IMG/VR virus record: IMGVR_UViG_3300027976_000026 | Source of the DNA: an uncultured virus (IMG/VR IMGVR_UViG_3300027976_000026) | Lineage: Duplodnaviria > Heunggongvirae > Uroviricota > Caudoviricetes > Straboviridae | DNA: 20,000 bases | Direction: 5' to 3' (one strand) | Notes under the pieces: model-generated | Database searches by the model: none | What the model was told of the DNA's origin: nothing | Seen by the model: the letters and a program-made list of their open reading frames with translations, nothing else | Shown: in pieces, positions 16,364-20,000 of the stretch | Position numbering within the stretch: the first letter of the stretch is position 1 | How the letters are laid out: every line of letters starts with the position of its first letter | Made by a program: the position numbers and the translations under genes

Positions 16364-16915
16364 TTACAGACGATTGTACATGAATGGTGGAAATTGGTGG
16401 GCTATCACCTTAAACAAAGAAACAGTTGATTCTACGCCAAATAGAATTTTAAGTCTTTTTCCGTCACGATTTACATTGCAAGACATTTCAACCTCATTGA
16501 AATATTGCATTACAATTTTTGTGCCATCTTCTCCGAATTTCGTCGTGTTTATGTAAGCATTTTTCTTTCCACGACCAGTTTTGCTGCCGCCATCAAGAAA
16601 CCATATTGCCAAAGCAACGTCTCTGAGACTGTCCAAAACTTCCATCGCTACCTTGCGTTTGTTTCCATCATAAAGAACATCTTTGATATCAGTAAGAATT
16701 GAAGAACATGAAGAATTGCAACGAAAAGTATTTCCGTACTTGTGAACAGATCCAGACTTAAAAAAATCTGGCATTTGAGCCATTTTATAATTTAACCACA
16801 TTTCGTTCTTTCCACGCATAGAAAGATAATAATTCTTTCCCTTGGGGGGCTTCACCAAAGAAGATCCACCAAGAACAGTTCCAATTAGAATTTGGTGTTG
16901 AAAATCATACAGCAT
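16364..16915 (-). CDS. Two-motif LAGLIDADG-family protein, predicted catalytically inactive
   Basis: LIGTVLGGS and LAIWFLDGG motifs, with Gly at both catalytic Asp positions. Confidence 0.8.
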   Translation of the reverse strand: MLYDFQHQILIGTVLGGSSLVKPPKGKNYYLSMRGKNEMWLNYKMAQMPDFFKSGSVHKYGNTFRCNSSCSSILTDIKDVLYDGNKRKVAMEVLDSLRDVALAIWFLDGGSKTGRGKKNAYINTTKFGEDGTKIVMQYFNEVEMSCNVNRDGKRLKILFGVESTVSLFKVIAHQFPPFMYNRL

Positions 16916-17032
16916 ATCTTATCTATGTTATTTATATTTTTTCATGCACCAAAAATCGCAAAGATAACAACTTGATGAATATCTATTTGTGAAATTGACT
17001 CACATTTGATTTAAATCAAGGAGAAACATATT

Positions 17033-17374
17033 ATGGGAGCTACATCAGTTACAGGAAAAGGTCTTGGTTCTGCCTCTGGCAAGAACAAGGGATCTTCCCA
17101 CATGACAATCGGTGCTGAAAAATTAGTTGGTCCACGTGTTGTTGCATGTGACGAAGTTACACTTGACGGTAGCGGAGACTTAGTTGTGAAACTTCCAGTT
17201 CTTTCTGGTGTTGCCGCAGATTATGTTTGCATCGCTACAGACTCACACGCTACAGCAGCTACGCCTTGTGCTTGTGCTTTGACAATGGATTCTTCAACTA
17301 CAACCTTGACATTCAAGGGAACTGCCGCACAAACAGTCGCTTACAGCGTCATCAAGAAAGGTCTAGCAATCTAA
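17033..17374 (+). CDS. Small Gly/Ala/Thr-rich protein, putative virion structural protein
   Basis: AAGGAG RBS, biased composition, downstream terminator. Confidence 0.65.
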   Translation: MGATSVTGKGLGSASGKNKGSSHMTIGAEKLVGPRVVACDEVTLDGSGDLVVKLPVLSGVAADYVCIATDSHATAATPCACALTMDSSTTTLTFKGTAAQTVAYSVIKKGLAI

Positions 17375-17434
17375 TTGGACTTGAATTAACCCTAGTAGAA
17401 AGGCAGTCTTCGGACACCCAACTACTGTTACCTG

Positions 17435-17470
17435 TTACCCCTCGGATTACCCTCCGAGGGGTAATTTTTT
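17435..17470 (+). terminator. Rho-independent terminator
   Basis: ttacccctcgga-ttaccc-tccgaggggtaa followed by tttttt. Confidence 0.8.
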
Positions 17471-17515
17471 ATCGACGGCGGCGAGAAAACCCCTACTTTT
17501 CTCTGAATGAGAAAA

Positions 17516-17563
17516 GTTTGCCCTGTATGGAGCGAGCGAAGCGAACGACCAAACAGGGCAAAC
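17516..17563. repeat. 48-bp palindromic REP-like hairpin
   Basis: gtttgccctgtatgg / ccaaacagggcaaac stem enclosing agcgagcgaagcgaacga. Confidence 0.6.
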
Positions 17564-17727
17564 CTCTTTAGATTGTAGGCAATTTCTATTGTGGCGGCTC
17601 TCATCCCACTATCTAACGCTGATCTAATCTGGTTTCCACTTGCCCAATTAGAGACCCCGAAAAATGGGATAAAATTCAGCTTTTGTTTTAGAAAAATCGT
17701 ATCCACAACACTATGTAATATGTGGAT

Positions 17728-17883
17728 ATGAAAAAAGAAAACAATAATAAGTATTTGACCATACGCATTCCTGATTCACTCATTGAAAAGTTCCAACAAA
17801 CTTGTGTTGAGAACTATAAGACCATGAGCGAAGCCTTGCGTGATATGATCCAAGTGTACGTCAAGGAGAATAAAGATAAGTGA
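17728..17883 (+). CDS. Ribbon-helix-helix (CopG/Arc-like) DNA-binding protein (51 aa), not in the ORF track
   Basis: MKKENNNKYLTIRIPDSLIEKFQQTCVENYKTMSEALRDMIQVYVKENKDK*; its stop overlaps the tnpB GTG start (GTGA). Confidence 0.8.
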   Translation: MKKENNNKYLTIRIPDSLIEKFQQTCVENYKTMSEALRDMIQVYVKENKDK

Positions 17884-19106
17884 GTTTGTATTCTTACAAA
17901 TATAGATTGAACCCAACATCAACACAAGAAGTCCTGCTTAACAAGCACTTCGGTTGTGTAAGATACCTATACAATCACTTCCTCGATCAAAGAACTACTG
18001 TCTACAAAGAAAGTCAAGAAACACAAAATTACTACAGTAATGCTATAGAAATCCCAAAACTAAAGAAAGAATTGCCTTGGCTCAAAGAAGTAGGAAGCCA
18101 AGCATTGCAATATGCAGTCAAGCAATTACAAACTGGATATGATAATTTCTTTCGCAAAGTGAAACAAAAGACTAAAGGCAAAAAAGGTTTTCCAAGATTT
18201 AAGTCCAAACATGGAAAACAATCTTTCAAAGTTATGCAAAATGTAAAGATTGTTGAAGGCAAACTGATTATTCCTAAGTTTTTGGAAGGCGTCAATTTTG
18301 TTCAACACCGAGTATTGGAAGGTGAAATTCAATTTGCTACCATTAGCAAGAACAAAGCTGGACAATATTTTGCTAGCATTACAGTTAAAAAAGAAATTGC
18401 CCAATTACCTCGGTTAAACAAGACTGTTGGTTATGATTTGAATGCTGCGAAGATTGTTGGAAGTGATGGAAGCAAACATGAGAACCCATTACCTGAGCAT
18501 GAACACAAGCAACATCTAAGATTTTTAGCTAAAGAAGTAAGTCGAAAAGTTAAAGGAAGTGAAGGTAGAAAGAAAGCACAATTACGATACAACAAATTGA
18601 AGTTATATTGTAAGAATGTGCGTGAAGATTTCTTGCATAAAGTAAGTTCTAAGATAATTAACGAAAACCAAGTGATTATTTTAGAAGACTTAGATGTTAA
18701 AGGAATGTTTGCGAATTTAGGTGACAAACGAAAAGAACCAAGATGGAAAGAACGCAAACTTCATAAACAATTGCAAGATTGTGGTTTTCACTCGTTTGTC
18801 CAAAAATTGATGTATAAGGCAGAGTGGTATGGTCGAGAAGTAATCAAGGTAAGTCGTTGGTTTCCTTCGTCGCAATTATGCTCTGAATGCAATTATCAGA
18901 ACAAAGAGTTAGGACAAGAGAAAGAATGGACTTGCTGGAATTGCTTTGCTTCTCATGATCGTGATGAGAATGCTAGTAAAAATATACATAACGAAGGTTT
19001 AAGAACTCTCGGAACGAGAGGAATAGCCGATTGCCCTGATGTAAGACCCATAAAATTTGGGCTATTGGTTGGATCGGAAGCCACGCCGTCTTTAGCGGCG
19101 GGGTAG
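17880..19106 (+). CDS. tnpB: RNA-guided endonuclease TnpB
   Basis: N-terminal YKYRLNP..GCVRYLYN; RuvC GYDLN, ILEDL and DRDENA; zinc finger CSEC...CWNC. Confidence 0.95.
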   Translation: MSLYSYKYRLNPTSTQEVLLNKHFGCVRYLYNHFLDQRTTVYKESQETQNYYSNAIEIPKLKKELPWLKEVGSQALQYAVKQLQTGYDNFFRKVKQKTKGKKGFPRFKSKHGKQSFKVMQNVKIVEGKLIIPKFLEGVNFVQHRVLEGEIQFATISKNKAGQYFASITVKKEIAQLPRLNKTVGYDLNAAKIVGSDGSKHENPLPEHEHKQHLRFLAKEVSRKVKGSEGRKKAQLRYNKLKLYCKNVREDFLHKVSSKIINENQVIILEDLDVKGMFANLGDKRKEPRWKERKLHKQLQDCGFHSFVQKLMYKAEWYGREVIKVSRWFPSSQLCSECNYQNKELGQEKEWTCWNCFASHDRDENASKNIHNEGLRTLGTRGIADCPDVRPIKFGLLVGSEATPSLAAG

Positions 19107-19131
19107 TTCACTTCATCAGCATCGGCAGTTC
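18990..19131 (+). ncRNA. Predicted TnpB omegaRNA (reRNA): scaffold overlapping the tnpB 3' end, guide about 19112-19131
   Basis: Established TnpB architecture; right-end hairpin ending in GTTCAC; 5' boundary approximate. Confidence 0.6.
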
Positions 19132-19162
19132 TCAGGATGCCTAAGTGTTCGTAAAAATTCAT
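19112..19162 (-). pseudogene. 5' fragment of a J-domain-like gene
   Basis: MNFYEHLGILRTADADE resembles DnaJ helix I; G-rich RBS; cut exactly at the element's right end. Confidence 0.6.
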
Positions 19163-19271
19163 GTCCCCCCTTATTGTTCTCCGTTATTATATTAATCAAC
19201 ATAAAAATTTTTGAACTTCACTATTATAAACCAAACTGCAATACGGCAGTAGAAATAAAAAGGAGTTTGCA

Positions 19272-19664
19272 ATGGCAAAGAAAATCATTACTTCCACTGG
19301 CGGAGAAATCACCCTGTCAAATGGAGCCTCACCAAAGGCACCTAAAATTGCAGCAGTTCACCCGTTTGGTTCCAAAATTCTTGTAGAAGTTTTAACTGCT
19401 GAAGAAGTGTTACACACCAGCTTGTACCTATCAGAAGGAACAACAGATGATGGTGCTCCACAGGCGTATCTATTAGAACTTGGTCCGGGAGTATCGGATG
19501 ATTCTGGTTTAAGAGTTGGTCAGCGAGTTTATTGGAATGGAAAAGGAACAGCAGTAAGTGATCCACGTGCCGGAAAACGAATACGTGCCTTGCTTGAGAT
19601 TCATAACATTCAAGCAATCATCGAAGAAGAAAATTGCTGTGGCGGCGGAAATTGTAGTAACTAA
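19272..19664 (+). CDS. GroES-like co-chaperonin
   Basis: HPFGSKILVE, mobile-loop-like SLYLSEG, LELGPGV, LRVGQRV; AAGGAG RBS. Confidence 0.7.
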   Translation: MAKKIITSTGGEITLSNGASPKAPKIAAVHPFGSKILVEVLTAEEVLHTSLYLSEGTTDDGAPQAYLLELGPGVSDDSGLRVGQRVYWNGKGTAVSDPRAGKRIRALLEIHNIQAIIEEENCCGGGNCSN

Positions 19665-19801
19665 TAATTTACAATCCAAGTGATTTTTGATACAAATGAA
19701 AATCTCTTTTTCATTTGTATCAAAACAAGGATTGAATAATGGACATCGCATCTTCGTTGGGATTAAGCCCAATAACTGTAGTTGTGAATGTCAAAGAGTT
19801 C

Positions 19802-19999
19802 TCATAATTGACACCAAATTAAAATTGCTTTTCCAATTGTTTGTAAATATTCTTCTTTATCAAATGATAAATTTGATCCAATGTCTTTCATGCAGTCAAT
19901 TATGTTAGTGCCAAATAATTCAATGCCATCGATACGTTGCCAAAATGTTTCATTTCTTGAAATTCCAGAAGCCTCTTTAATCAAATTTACAAATGGATC
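19802..19999 (-). CDS. C-terminal part of a protein starting beyond the window; resembles the reversibly glycosylated polypeptide (GT75) C-terminus
   Basis: Frame open to the edge: DPFVNLIKEASGISRNETFWQ...YLQTIGKAILIW. Confidence 0.45.
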   Translation of the reverse strand, partial: DPFVNLIKEASGISRNETFWQRIDGIELFGTNIIDCMKDIGSNLSFDKEEYLQTIGKAILIWCQL

Positions 20000-20000
20000 A

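Larger units (their letters stand above)
17428..17691 (-). pseudogene. 3' part of a J-domain-like gene split by the TnpB element
   Basis: Joins in frame to 19112-19162, giving MNFYEHLGILRTADADE|LKQKLNFIPFFGVS... Confidence 0.5.
17692..19111 (+). mobile_element. IS200/IS605-family (IS1341-like) element: RHH gene plus tnpB, no tnpA
   Basis: Left hairpin atccaca/tgtggat at 17701-17727; right end GAAGCCACGCCGTCTTTAGCGGCGGGGTAGTTCAC; left boundary inferred. Confidence 0.8.

Noticed and set aside
17553..17600. c-di-GMP-I riboswitch (acagggcaaacc)
   Set aside because: The GNRA loop and GACGCAAA core are missing; the sequence is the 3' arm of a hairpin
17692..19111. IStron (group I intron-TnpB) that would splice out of the host gene
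   Set aside because: The element is antisense to the interrupted gene and there is no room for an intron core
18953..19162. 69-aa ORF as an intact gene
   Set aside because: Only the first 17 codons are host gene; the rest is antisense read-through into the element
1..20000. Alternative genetic code (TAG or TGA recoding)
   Set aside because: Coding density is high in code 11, and recognisable genes end normally at TAG and TGA
1..20000. tRNA or rRNA genes
   Set aside because: No cloverleaf or rRNA-like segment was recognised in the short intergenic spaces

Overview
This is an AT-rich, densely coded window of short genes on both strands in the standard genetic code. It most resembles a large or jumbo tailed-phage genome (inferred; no core phage hallmark gene is present). 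Recognisable products: an ATP-grasp protein, a permuted papain-like amidase, an ADP-ribosyltransferase-like protein, a 753-aa double six-bladed beta-propeller, a NUDIX hydrolase, a 2H phosphoesterase, a glycosyltransferase-like protein, a SpoU/TrmH methyltransferase, a trypsin-like protease, a LAGLIDADG protein lacking both catalytic Asp residues, a GroES-like protein, and an IS200/IS605 element (ribbon-helix-helix gene plus intact TnpB, no TnpA). The main leads are: (1) DGR-like codon hypervariation in all 12 propeller blades; (2) a four-gene operon with a protein ending in -VAGG followed by a Cys-containing, E2-like partner; (3) the TnpB element splitting a J-domain-like gene, which can be rejoined in frame to predict a TTTAG TAM; (4) a 72-bp IS605 left-end/right-end mini-element; (5) T4 capsid-targeting-like N-termini on several unrelated proteins.
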